In this document: positions 26,087-39,310 of the stretch, piece after piece
How positions within the stretch are numbered: position 1 is the stretch's first letter
Layout: every line of letters starts with the position of its first letter
Program-made: the position numbers and the translations under genes
The notes under the pieces: generated by a model
What the model was told of the DNA's origin: nothing
What the model saw: the letters and a program-made list of their open reading frames with translations, nothing else
Database searches by the model: none
NCBI GenBank assembly: GCA_951406725.2
Contig: OX597814.1
Span: forward strand, 140,616,001-140,680,000
DNA length: 64,000 nt
Direction: 5' to 3'
DNA from: Octopus vulgaris
Lineage: Eukaryota

Positions 26087-27719
26087 CCCTTTCGTTACTA
26101 ACCCGGCCGTAGCCGGCCGAACAATTTTTTGGTTCAAAGTACCAACCCGGCCGTTAGAACCCATTGTTATTTAAATGTAAATTTGAACCCAAATCTCGTT
26201 GGTACATTCGTTAAAGCATGTGATTTCACATTGTAAATAGTTAAGTTATAGTATCCGACATTGCTTGAAGTGATATCTCAACTCAGTGAATTTTGGGAGA
26301 TTTTTTTCCACATGTTTTACGGCATCGATTTTTCTTCAACTTTGAAAATGGATAGGAGTTTCATGTTATCAAGCATTGATTCCGAATTTAAAGCTTTGTC
26401 AACGGAAAATAGGGAGATATCGAGAAAAAGAATGAAATAGGTACTAAAGCACGTGGTGTACAAAATAATGAATATTTTTTTATCCGAAAATGAAAGCAGC
26501 GCCTTCCGAAGAAACAAAGCGGCAAAGGCGACAGCGAAGACGATTTTACATCGGAATGAAGTAAAAAAACTTTTTAAATGTTTTTATTAGCAATTTTTCT
26601 GAGGAGATAAAGTTTATCTATAGCCTTTCTTAGGAAGTGAAACCATTAGACTTTTATTTTTTTCAGTATGCTAGTTTGAAGCGATCAATGTGGAAACAAA
26701 CTTACGCAGATTGTAAACAAACCCAAAATCGGGGTTCAAAGTTTGGGAAATTTGTGAAGCAAATTACTGGGTACTGCTGTGGATTTAGTTTTTATACAGG
26801 GAAACTAATGTTAGTCAGCATGGCTTAGGGTACGATGTGGTCTGGAAGTTATTGTTTGAAGCGATCAATGTGGAAACGCACTTACGCAGATTGTAAACAA
26901 ACCCAAAATCGGGGTTCAAAGTTTGGGAAATTTGTGAAGCAAATTACTGGGTACTGTTGTGGATTTAGTTTTTATACAGGGAAACTAATGTTAGTCAGCA
27001 TGGCTTAGGGTACGATGTGGTCTGGAAGTTATTGTTTGAAGCGATCAATGTGGAAACAAACTTACGCAGATTGTAAACAAACCCAAAATCGGGGTTCAAA
27101 GTTTGGGAAATTTGTGAAGCAAATTACTGGGTACTGCGTGGATTTAGTTTTTATACAGGGAAAATAATATTAGTCAGCATGGCCTAGGGAACGATGTGGT
27201 CTGGAATTTATCACTTCCATACCATAACCAGGGCCGTATATTATTTTTTGACCGATTTCTTTAGTTCGGTCAAACTTACGGTGGATTCCAATATTTCAGT
27301 TTATTCCACCTTTATGGTACACCTGTTGTGCATTAAATTCAACTGATGTGCACAATTCTTCTTTATCAAAATTTTGTTGCATACCCATTTGAATATTAGC
27401 TGATGATTCATTTTCTATAGTGATGTTTAAACAAAATTTTTATTTTTTACCTTTTGCTCAATTTAAAATTTTAATATTTTTACCTTTTGCTCAATTTACC
27501 TGGATTTACCTGTAATTAAAGTCACTTTGAGTCAAAAGTTATGCAATAGAATTGATTAAGAACCCTTCCTTTAATTATGTTCCAAATATCACATTAAAAT
27601 GTTGATAAGTAAAAAAGTTACAGTTATTTAATGAAACAAGCCTAAATTCATGATTATTTTAGAATTTAATTGAAACTCATGAGGGGTGTATTTTGGTCAG
27701 AAATATAGTAACGAAAGGG
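26087..27719. mobile_element. Non-autonomous piggyBac-like element, copy B, inverted relative to copy A
   Basis: TTAA at 26083-26086 and 27720-27723, TIR CCCTTTCGTTACTA. Its right portion is the near-identical reverse complement of the left portion of copy A. Confidence 0.9.
26674..27210. repeat. Three tandem copies of a 180-bp unit inside copy B
   Basis: cttacgcagattgtaaacaa recurs at 26701, 26881 and 27061. Units differ at only a few positions. Confidence 0.95.
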
Positions 27720-29339
27720 TTAAGTAAAGGACTTATTTCAGTTACAATGACAAATAATACAATTAATATCACCATTTTGCTCATACGATGACAAAGGTAT
27801 GAAACATTCAAGCACATATGTGCACACACAACATACCCACCATCTGTCACTCGCCATACACACTCTTGCAACTTATAAAATCTCAACCTTCCTGATCATC
27901 TACTCCCCACACTTCTATTCGCTTTGTACCTTGAGAGTACACATTGACCACCAGCTTTATTTCTCATTCCAGTTCCACTTCGATCACTCCCACTCATCCT
28001 TAGATAATGCATGGTAGCCGTCTATTTCCTCTGCACCAATAAAACTGTTCTTCCCATCATATTTCTCAACACCTAGCATATAACCAACCACCACTTAGTT
28101 CAAGGATCTCTTTAGACGTGCAAGTTACATGATGACCTTATTGGTGCTGGTACTATACATAAAAAGCACCCAGTACACACTCTGTAAAGTGTTTGGTGTT
28201 AGAAAAGGCATCTAGCCATAGTGGACAGCATCCATCATTATGGAAGCCAAGCATTAAATGATACGTTTATATTTATATCTTCATATGTTTGTATGTGCAT
28301 ATAGGCTCAGGAGTGGTTGTGTGGTTAAGAATTCTACTTTGTGACTATGCTTTATACACATGGAATAATACGAGAGAGACTATTTCAAATGAATACTTGA
28401 TAGAGAGGATATATTGATTTGCAATAAGTCCAATGGAGAGTTCAATCCATTTTGAAAGGTTGAGTGACAACAGCCAGGCTCATTATCAGGAGCAAATAAT
28501 TTGTAAGCATATTGTAAACGACGATGATGATGATGATGATTGAGTTCATATGTATATGACAATTGATGAGACATGTAAATAGTGCTCAGCAGGGTGACTT
28601 ATTTTATGTAAATACATATTAAGGTTGTGCTTGTACTAGTGTTTGTGTAATAGTAGTAGATGCATATTTATACTGTTAAGATGCATGTGTGTACAAGCTT
28701 CTGTGGAATTATTGTTTTACCACCCACTTTTCCATGCTGGCATGAGTCACCACAGAGTTTATTGAAACAGGTTTTCCTTGGTCATATGCCTTCCCTGTTG
28801 CCAACCCTGAACCATTTCCATGTAAGGTAATATTCCCACTTGACCAGACAGGTTTACACAATGTTGAAATTATTCTGTATGCCACTGACACTCATAACTG
28901 TCATACAATGATATGGCAAGGTGATACAAACACACAAATTTTTTGTTTTACTATATATACATATACATATACATATATATATACACACACACACACACAC
29001 CATGTTTATAAGTATGTGGATATTCATGCTGAGTATTTGAAAAAAGACAAGATAGTTGGAATTTTAGGAGGGTATATTTGATTTGACACCATGTTAGTCA
29101 GGGGGATGTGTCCACTCATGTGTGCCACAATATATGTTGATGTTTGTATAAGCTGTTGTAGGTTAGCTTGTGTGTGATTAATCAGAATGATTTTCTATAT
29201 ATTACTGGGTTGTATTCACGCAAGTATATACGTCTGTTTTGTAATTTTAATGTGTATGAGCTGCATGAGAATGTGGACATGGTTATTATTCTGTTTGTAG
29301 ATGATTTCTTGTCTGAAATTTGTGTTAGCATGAGTGTCT

Positions 29340-29436
29340 GCATGCAAGTGTATATGCACAGTGTGTGCATGCAAGTGTAGATACAGTGTGTGCATGCATG
29401 TGCATATACAGTGTGTGCATGCATGTGTATATACAG
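29340..29436. repeat. Minisatellite with a ~25-bp unit (cagtgtgtgcatgcatgtgyatata), about 3-4 copies
   Basis: acagtgtgtgcatgca recurs with ~25-bp spacing. Confidence 0.75.
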
Positions 29437-31772
29437 TTGGGTAGCGATTACAAATAATAAAAAGCATGCATTAGTTGCATGCAAATGTGATTTGAGTGGT
29501 TAATTCTGTGTGTGTGTATGTATAATTAGGTGTTTACATAGTATGTGAGCAATTTAGTTATTGATTTATTTGACTAATCTTTATTTTTTTTTTTGTGCCT
29601 ATATCATATAAGAGTATGCAGGGTTTTTTCTTTATACTTTTTTTTTCTTGCATGTAAATTATCTTTTTTCATAATAATCCAAGTGTTTATGCATGTATGT
29701 ATAATCATAGATTAATGAATTCTGTCTCAATTATGCATGTATGGAAAAGTGGATATTAAGATCAGAATGAATATCCACACACACTTAAATATCTATATAC
29801 ATGTTTAGATATCTAGACATACCTGTGTACATAATATGTCATACAAAGACATATGCACACACAGTGTGTGTATTAGTACACACACGTTTATGTATAACAG
29901 CATAATTTACAAGAATCAAAACATTACAAAGGCTCACTGATTAGTTTGTCAAATGTAATGCTTATTTATTCCTATTATATTGAATTAATCATGCATTGTC
30001 TCAGAGCTTTGAGGTTTTGATCATGAGGTCATTTACTTTTAGCATGACATTGTAGGGTAGGTGTAAGAGACTGTATTTGGATAGTTTGAACATAAAACAG
30101 TATATGTTGGCCAGATATAGCCAGTTTAAATGCTAGATGGTTAAAGAGTGCAAACACTTTTCTTCTGTACTATTGACATGCAGGAAAAAGGCAATCTCCT
30201 CAGTCCTTTCCATGAGATATTGACTTCTCCTCAGAGAAAAGACAATCACATACGCACACACAATATATACTTTGTGTGTGTACACACACACACACTTGTA
30301 TATGTGTGTCATCGTAATCTTTTAAATCTTTTAAAAAGATTTGTGCTTGCATGAATCGCATATTCCTTGAGGCACATTTTCTAAGGATAGAGGTCTTTGC
30401 CGTCACCAGCCCTTGCCTGATTCTGAGTACGGTAACATTTCCTTATGCCTGAACAGGTTTCCATGAAATAATAGAAATGAAGGACACAGCTTGTATGACA
30501 GTGATGCTAATTTACAACTACTGTCTATTGTCAAACTACAGACATACATATAACATACGACTTCTTTCAGTTCCAGTCTATCAGATCAACTACCAAGCCT
30601 TTGGACGGACCATTGATATAATACAAGATATTTACACAAGTGCCATGCAGTGGTACTGCATGATAAAAGAAACAAATGTTTGAACCACATCACAGCTACA
30701 CACACAAAGACATATGAGTATATATATACTCAATGTATATGTATTGACACACACAAATATATGAATGTACATATATATACATGTGTGTGGTTAAGAAGTA
30801 GGGTTTGTGGGTTCTGTCCCACTGCTTGGCACCTCTTGTATCTTCTAGTGGAGACACCAAAGATGCCAAGCCAACCAAAGTCCTGTGAATATATGTGCAT
30901 GTATCTTTTCCTTGTCTTGACATGGGATTGCTGCAAACAACCATCAATCATACAAGCAATGTTTGTTTCCATGCTCTCATGTAAAACGTCTGACCACCTA
31001 ATGTGGTAACGGGATCTTGCATGCTAACAAATGAGGGTTGGCACCGGAAGGACATCTGAGTGTAGAAAGTTTTCGATGAATTGTCTGACCCACAAACAAG
31101 GTGGTAATTAAAATGGTCATTACAAACATATACATACAAATGTATATGTACATACATATCTATACACTTACATATTTGCATATACAAATATGCATATTAT
31201 CATCATTATTTAACACCCATCTGGCATTGGTTGAATGTTTCAGTAGCATCCAATGAGCTGGAGGACTATCTTGAACTCCAATGTCTGCTGAGGCACGGTC
31301 TCTCAGGCTGGATTCACACTCTAATACTAACCACTTAAACTGTACAGAGTATAATGAAGTCACCCATTAACAGCAAGACAAAGAGAGAGTGTAGTAAAGA
31401 GGGGGGTAGTTGTATGATAGATGTTAAGAAGCTAAAGTGTTATAGAGGGACAGCTATCTTGCAGTAGAAGAGATACATAGCTACTCAGCATTATATAAGG
31501 ACAAGTGGGAGTAGCTGGAAAAAGAGATTTAAAAAGATGGTGGTGACAAGATATAAGGTAAGCATAAGAGAGAATATAGACCGGGGATAGGAAAGAGTGG
31601 ATGGGAAAGTTGACAGCTGATCAGAGATGTGAATGTAATGGATGGTGAATAAAGGTATAGGTGTAGTCAAAGGTGAGTATCAGTTTGGGGTGGCAGTGAA
31701 AGAAACAAGTAGCCCAAGAAAGAAAGGCAATAAGTAGCAGGACAGAAAGGATGGAGAGCAGCAGTAAATTAA

Positions 31773-31985
31773 CCCTTTCGTTACTGTATTTATTTTGAGA
31801 AGCTCTGTTTCTCTCAATTATTTTAGATATAACAAAGAATTTTGTAAAATAACTTAGTTATCATTAAGCTAGTGTGAGGAACAGTAATTGTGACTAAGGT
31901 TTGGTGGAAGGTTTTAATTAAAAACTTATGAAAACAAGATATTTATATTACAGAGCCAGTTTCAGCCAACTTGGTAACGAAAGGG
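31773..31985. mobile_element. Short 213-bp TTAA MITE with the same CCCTTTCGTTAC TIR
   Basis: TTAA at 31769-31772 and 31986-31989, with a perfect 12-bp TIR. Confidence 0.88.
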
Positions 31986-32391
31986 TTAAACTAGCTAAGG
32001 ATTAGCAGAAGTGGGTAGGACAACAGTGATAGAGATAGTGGTGAGAGATATGTAGGGGTAGACTTATTGAGTAGTGGGCAAAGGTATATACATATGTATG
32101 TGTGTGCATGTACACTCTTACACATATCCAGGTTTCATCCCACTGTGTGGCACCTTGAGCAACTGTTTAGTACAGACATGCACCAATCAAAACCTTGTAA
32201 GTGAATGTGGTAGAAGCAAACTGAAAGAAGCATGTTGTATGTGTAAAGGGGATCATTTTGACATCTTTCTTTCCCAATTGCATGGGCAGGACAGTTCAAC
32301 AGGATCTGATGAGCCATAAGACTACATGATGTCCTAATTTCTGAACTGACATAATTTCTATAGCTGGCTGTACTAACACCAGGCACTTTAA

Positions 32392-32597
32392 CCATTTAGC
32401 ATTCAGATTATTCTGTCAAGCGCAATCTTCATTTACATTGTTTTTAATTAATCATGCATTATCTTGAAGCTTTGAGATTTTGGTGATGTGTTCATTTTTA
32501 GAATGACCATGTAGAGATGTTAGAGGCCGAAATCTGGCCAATCTGAACAGAAAACAAAATATTTGGGCCTGACATGGCTGGTTTAAATACTAAAGGG
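32392..32597. mobile_element. Second TTAA MITE family (~200 bp); related copies at about 12880-13087, 29935-30144 and, inverted, 46040-46235
   Basis: TTAA flanks, imperfect TIR CCATTTAGCATTCA / CCCTTTAGTATTTA, shared core aattaatcatgcattatct...agctttgag. Interrupts a SINE. Confidence 0.75.
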
Positions 32598-33479
32598 TTA
32601 AGGAGTATTGGGTGCTTTTCTTGTGGCACCAGTGTTAGGTCACCAAGCAACTTACCCACCTCAAGTGAGTGGATGGTGCAGTAGAGAGGAAGTAGTTCTG
32701 TCATGTAAGAAACTAAATTACAGTGGGACAGCAGCATGTCGTTATGTAGAAAAGATACATGGTTACCTCAGCTGAAAGGAAAGAAAAAGATGGTGGTGAC
32801 GGGGTGAGTGCACATATGGCTAAGTTAGCATGTGTACAAAAGGAAAGTTGGAATAGAAGTAACACAGTCAATAGTTAAACAGGAGTAGATGCATGATCAA
32901 AGATGTATATGAGTGAGAGGAAAGTGAAAAAAATGAAAGGGAGAGAGAGGAGGTGGCAGTACAAAAACACAAAAGGTGTAAGGGGAGAGAGAGATGGTAA
33001 CAAATATGATGGTCAGAGGAACATAGAAGTGGATATAGTAACAAGGGGGAGGGGCATCAACTGCATATATGAGTGCTGAGAATGATAGATATTAGACAGT
33101 GAAGAGATGTTAAGCACAAGGTATGGCAGGCATAATCCCAAGTTGAGAGGAAAGGGAGTGTCCAGTGGCAGATAAACAGGAAAGGTATGATATTGAGAAT
33201 GTGGGATGGGTAACAAGGGAAAGTGGTTCCAAGGAGAGGGATAACTGGTAGCACAAAACAGGATGACATATGTGCAGTACTGCTGTCATATAATTACAGA
33301 AGTAAAGTGAATACTGCCATAATTAAAAGAGTGATGGGGAGATACATGTTATAAAGACGAGGCATGGGGAAGGCCTGACAGACTGGATGCAGGAGCATGC
33401 TTTTAAGATCTCATTTTTGCATTCATTGATTGGCCTCCTAACGCACAAAGAATTGCTAATCAATTCTGGGTCTTTATCA

Positions 33480-33770
33480 TGTCCATGAGGCTCAACATTC
33501 AGTACTTTGTCCCACACCAAATTCTGCTATAGGTTCATCTACATTTAATGATCAGCACTTCTTTATGAAGCTGTCCTCATCCATACACATCATATAACCA
33601 TCACTGCACAGTCTTCACTCTTGCACACATCCCATGCCTTGTACTCAATTTTTCTCAACACATTTGCACCTTGTAGTACATGCACACTGACACTGCACAT
33701 CCAGCAGAACATGCTAACTTCATTTCTTTTTAGTCTTCACGTATCCTCTGCATCTATGGCCCATGTAAAT
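33480..33770 (-). mobile_element. RTE LINE 3' ORF remnant
   Basis: Minus strand reads WAIDAED-RLKRNEVSMFCWMCSVS...MDEDSFIKK, typical of the RTE C-terminus. Confidence 0.6.
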
Positions 33771-33943
33771 ATTACCTTGTTTGTAAACAAGTTGGTGATG
33801 GGTAGGGCATACTGTTAAAAATCTGCCTCGACTTCCCTTTGGCCTATACAAGCAAATATATATACATATGCATGTATCTATATGAGTGTTTGTGTGTGTA
33901 TGTTGTCCCTTTTTGTATCACCTAGTTGTCCCATTTTGTATTT

Positions 33944-33948
<5 letters not shown>

Positions 33949-33987
<39 letters not shown>
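33949..33987. repeat. (TA)n microsatellite; others at about 21020-21070, 28950-29000, 34460-34518, 57959-58062 and 61680-61820
   Basis: Directly visible dinucleotide and trinucleotide runs. Confidence 0.9.
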
Positions 33988-33989
<2 letters not shown>

Positions 33990-34029
33990 CAGCATACGTA
34001 CACTTTGTTCTCATATATATATATATATA

Positions 34030-34482
34030 GCGCCATCCGATCATAGTCGATGCCAGCCCCCTCTGGCCCTTGTGTCGATGGCATGTAAAAAAGTACCCAC
34101 TACACTGAGTGGTTAGCATTAGGAAGGGCATCCAGCTATAAAAACGTTGCCATATCAGACTGGAGCCTGGTGCAGCCTCCTGCTTCCCAGACACCAGTCA
34201 AACTGTCCAACCCATGTCAGCATGGAAAACGGACGTTAAAAGAGATGCAGACATGGTTGTATAGTGAATTTCATTTCTCAAATTGAATTTGGGTTGGGTT
34301 GCATTCTACAGGACTTTGAGCGAGTGTCTTCTACTGTAGCACTGAGCTGTGAATGTGTACACACTCAAACACTGCCAGATCAGACTGGGCCTGGCGCAGC
34401 CTTCTGGCTTCCCAGTTGAACCGTCCAACCCATGCTAACATGGAAAACGGACGTTAAACGATGATGATGATGATGATGATGA

Positions 34483-34485
<3 letters not shown>
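34030..34485 (+). mobile_element. Two SINE 3' halves, the second ending in a (GAT)n tail
   Basis: aggaagggcatccagc in the first half; acccatg...catggaaaacggacgttaaa in both, followed by (gat)n in the second. Confidence 0.7.
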
Positions 34486-34524
<39 letters not shown>

Positions 34525-34974
34525 TGCTAATGTCCTCTTTTCTATGTATGCATGGATCAAACAATTCTGACAGATTTATTTTGTGCTTGGATGCTCTTTC
34601 GGTTGCAAATAGTCAGCTGATTCCATCATCATCATATAATGTCCCTTTTTCATAATGTTATGGGTTGGATGATTTGACAAGAACAGACAAGCCAGAGGAC
34701 TCCACTAGGTTCTGGGTAATATTAACTGATAGACAAACATGCCTGCAAGGAAGATTGGAAACATTTGTATGATGATGATGCTTGCTTATAACCATCACGT
34801 GATGTCAAGACAATGACACACAAACATGCATTACTGGTTTCTTTTTGTTTTCTTCTATCAAATCCATTCACAGAATTTGGTTGGCCTAGAGTTATAGATA
34901 GATACCTGTCAATCAAGCTATACAGTGCAACATAATAAAAAAAAAATCAGGTGATTTGGAATCAAATTTATTTC

Positions 34975-35260
34975 CAGATTTAGTCCCACTGCATAACACC
35001 TTGGTGGAGCGTCTTCTACTATAACCTCAGGCTAACCAAAGTCTTGTGAGTGAATTTAGTAGACAGAAACTGAAAAATGCCCACTGTATACATATAGCTG
35101 TGTTTGTGTCTGTCTCATGTTGGTGTGTATACATCCCCATTACTTAGCAGTTTGGCAAACAAGACCAATAGAATAAGTACCAAGCTTAAAAAAAAAGGAC
35201 TGGGGTCGACTCATTCAACTAACGTTCAAGATGGTGTCCAAGCATGGCCAGTCTAATGGC
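34975..35260 (+). mobile_element. SINE (OR-like)
   Basis: Same body and tail as 8453-8819, opposite orientation. Confidence 0.7.
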
Positions 35261-35520
35261 AAACATTTGTGTATGTGTGCATATATAAATGCATAAGTGT
35301 GTACTTGTATTCCCGTTTTGACAGTTGATAGTTGTAAACAAGTATCACTATCATACAAGTAGTATCATTCATTACCAGTCTTCTTTGAAAGCGATGTCCC
35401 GTGATTGGTAAATATTATCTTGCTTAAAAGCAGGTATGGGCTGGTGACAGGAAGTCATAGAAAATTACCCTCAATGAATACTGTTTGACTCCATGAAGGT
35501 GTAGAGAAGTTGACATTATA

Positions 35521-36731
35521 CAGGGTGTGATAAGTAAATTATCATTTTATATTTTTAATTTTGCGCATTGCTTTTGATTTTATTGATTACACAGTATAGT
35601 AGGGTCAGTTGGGCACAGTCTGTAAGAAAAACAGCACCATGATGCAATCCACTCTACCAGAAATTTGGAAGCAACGTGCTGTACTGCTCGGCATTCATGC
35701 CAGAAGCTCCAATGCAAACATTTCAGAGTATTTGGATGTCAATCTGAGAACAGTGCAGAGGATTCAGAAAGAGTAGGATGAGTTTAATGGTGATTACGAA
35801 GGTACAGCAACTCAGAAAACTCGCTCTGATCATTCTGATAAAAGAACTGAATTTGTTGGTGGGATCCAAGCCATGATTGACAACAATCCCTCCAAGTTAA
35901 TCAAGTCCATTGCCAGGGACATGGAAGTGACAGATTTTATCAGGCAGGTAGTGCATGAAGACATCTGGTATTCCTCATACAAAATGAGAAAGGGCCAATT
36001 TTTATCCAAAGCCATCAAGGACAAGAGGAAAGACCATGCTACAAAGCTTTTGGACAAATTCAAGCATCCCCTCCAACTGAACATGCTTTGGTTTTTCTCA
36101 GACAAAAAAATTCTGCCAGAGGATCAGATGGTGAACACAACTGTTGGCTTGCTGTGTCCCAAAAACATGTAGCAAGACTGATAAAAAAATCAAACATCCA
36201 GTTAACATCATGTTTGGAATGATCACTAGTGATGGCGATGTTATGCATTCATTCATCTTCCCATATGGCCTCAGACATAGAGGCCTACATCAATTGCCTG
36301 GAGGTAGTGCTACCCTGGGTCAAGAGGGTGGCTGTTGGACTCTGCATCCATGCCACACAAGCAGGAGAACCCAGTCATGGCTGTCAGACAATTTCTTGCA
36401 CCACATCACTCCTAACATCTGGCCTAACTCCCCAGACTGCAACCCCCTTGATTATGTGTGGGGCACAGTTGAGCGAGAGACCAACAAAACTCTTTGTAAC
36501 ACCAAGGGATTATGGCAGCAATCACCAACTTAAAAGAGACTGTCCAGAAGAATTGCAAGAGATTCCGAAGTCATCTGGAGGCCGTGGTTTGAAGCCAATG
36601 ATGGTTTTACTGAATAAATTTACTCTAGTATTTCAAGATATTTATGTAATTTTGGTAAAAATAACTGTTAAAACTATGTTACTGTTATTTCCATTTTTGC
36701 GTAATTGAGACAATTTTATTCACCGCACACA
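35521..36731 (+). mobile_element. Decayed Tc1/mariner-superfamily transposon (maT/DD37D-like) with a pseudogenised transposase at about 35639-36600
   Basis: ta-CAGGGTG left end and degenerate right TIR. Frames give an HTH-like segment (ISEYLDVNLRTVQRI), FFSDKK (first catalytic D) and WPNSPDCNPLDYVW, interrupted by stops and frameshifts. Confidence 0.85.
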
Positions 36732-38469
36732 TACACACACAAATACACACCAATATGAATGTTATGCAAGATACAGATTGTCATTTTTTAACATGCTCCC
36801 ATCAACAAATTGTGTGGTAGCTCTGTGCTTTTGAAGTAGACTGGAAATCCCTTTTCTTGGGTGGGGGGAAAACAGCTAAGTGTTAGTAACAGAAAACCAG
36901 ATATAAAATTGATACTGCTAATATACCTCAGGAAAACAACAAATATATACATACATCCATGTAATGTATGTTATATATGCTTGTGTGTATACAAACACAC
37001 GCACACATGTATGAATGTCATCATCATCATTTAATGTCTGTTGTCCATGTATGGATTGGACACTGACCAGGGCCGGTATGTTGAGGGGTTGCACCAGACA
37101 CCAGTCTGATTTGGCATAGTTTCTATGGCTGGATGTTTTTATGTGCCACCAACACAGGTGCCTGACACCAGTATCTCCCACAATTACGATTTCACTTGGC
37201 TTCATGGGTCTTCTCAAGTACGGCATATTGCTAAAGGTCTCAGTAATTTGTCACTGCCTCCATGAGGCCCAATGCTCGAAATGTGCTTTTTATGCACCAC
37301 CAGCATGAGCACCAGTTATGTGACACTGGCATCAGCCACATTGCCTCCATATATATACATGTTCATGTGCTTATTTGTTAGATGACCATCATAAATGTGC
37401 TACCATGGATTGGACAGGGGAGTTGCTGGAGCTAGAATTTTACAACTGAATGCTTTTCTTGTTGCCAAACCTTACCTATGTTTCAAATAAGAAAATTTTT
37501 AATCTCCAAGATGAAGGTATATATCATGCAGCCAGCTTTGAACAAATTTTGATATTTCAAGCAAGATGATATTCTTTGTCAAAATTGACTGGTGTGATTC
37601 ATGTATATAGCTATCTTCTTGCAGTCTTTCTACCTAATTCACACAATCCATTAGTGGGCCTGGAAAAATCTATCCAAGATACTGCACAGCGGGACAAAAC
37701 TTGGAACTGTACAGATTTGCAACAAATATCTAAAACAGCCATGTTTGTGCCCACATTATAGGTGTACATACATACATATATACACACAGACACATGTATA
37801 TTTGACATCTGTTTTCCATGCCGGCATGGGTTGGATAGTTTGACAAGATCCAGCAAGTGGCAGGACTGCACTTAATTCCACTTCTATGCCAACCACATTT
37901 TAGTGTGTACAGGGTACCTTTCTCCTACTACTGGCACTATTCAGGTCACCAAGTCAAGAGAAAAGCCTGTACAACTGAGGGAGTGGGAGGGCATGTATTT
38001 GAGACGAGGGAGGCAGGCTTTATGCCAGATGCTGAGAAGTTAAAGTATGACATCTGGACTTGCACAGTGTCATGCTATACAGAAGATACAAAGCTCCCAC
38101 ACATTATACAAGGGTGGCAGTAGCCAGAAAGACAGATGAAGATAAGCTGCCAGAGCAAACTCTCAAAAGACAAGGCGAAAAGAGACAGGTGGTTAGAGAC
38201 CATTCTAGAAACGAGTGTAGTGAGTCATGAATAAGGGTGGGGTATGTTGATGGGAAATATCAGTATAGAGAGACTGTAAAGTGAAATAGATAGAAATAAC
38301 TCAGAAAGGAAGATTAGAAAGTAGCGAGGGAGAAAGGGTTTGAAATATATAAGACTGGCTATAGCAAGTGGGGAAAGAATTGAGGGAGAGGTACACCAAT
38401 GAGGCAAGTGTGAGACTGATATCTAATTGTCAATTATATGCATTTGTCCACATATGTACATACATAAGG

Positions 38470-38800
38470 TACAGGTGTCTGTGGCCAAGAAGTTTGCTTC
38501 CTAACCTCATGCTTTCAGGTTCGGTCCCACTGTGACACCATGGGCAAATGTCTTTTTACTATAGCCCTGAACTGACCAAAGCCTTGAGTGGATTTGATAG
38601 AAGAAAAATGAAGCTCATCATGTGTGTATGGGTGTGCTTATGTCTGTGTCTTGTCTTGACATGCCTGGCCATGAGATACTGACTTATTTGAGAAACAGGT
38701 GAGAGTTAGCAACAGGAAGGGTATCCAATTATAGAAAATATGTTTCAATAAACCCTGTTTAACCCATGCAATCATGACAAAGTGGACGTTAAATTGATGA
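38470..38800 (+). mobile_element. SINE
   Basis: ggttcggtcccac B-box, gggcaaatgtc core, acccatgcaatcatgacaaagtggacgttaaa tail. Confidence 0.7.
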
Positions 38801-38929
38801 CATCCTCTCACCTATTGAACAGTGAGCAGCACCAACATGGTAAAGCAGCTGTCCAGATGCAACTACATCTGGGCTATTATTTTTATAAACTAGAAGCAGG
38901 GGAGGGTTAGCAATAGGAAAGGAAACAAG

Positions 38930-39310
38930 CTAACCATTAGTGTAATTAATTAGCTTGGAAAGCACCAGCCCTCTTTGTAACTCAATACTAACATTGCCAT
39001 TTACTTCATACTAAACATTCTCCACACCTGTTGCAAGAGAGCTTCAAGATGAGGACTACCAGTTAAACTTGCACTTCACCCAACAAAGAGGTAACCCTAT
39101 AGCCATAGTGAAAGTAGCCTGTGTAGTTTGTTAGGCAATCCATACAAGATCAATAGTTTTCAAACTGGGAATTGCTCTAACTAGAGAAATGAGGACCCCA
39201 ATAATACTTCCATGAGACAACAAATACAGGAAGCAATGTAGTGACATGAAATGCATGTATAAAGTAGAGATGATAGGATAGGCCAATAAATTCACGCCAA
39301 AATCATAACT
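38930..39310. repeat. Interspersed repeat, with a second diverged direct copy at about 41610-42020
   Basis: Shared attagtgt-attaattagcttgg, ctccacacctg-tgcaagagag and ccatagtgaaagtagc blocks. Confidence 0.7.

Noticed and set aside
26674-27210. Regular repeats as a CRISPR-like array
   Set aside because: These are head-to-tail units without unique spacers, inside a eukaryotic transposon, with no cas genes.
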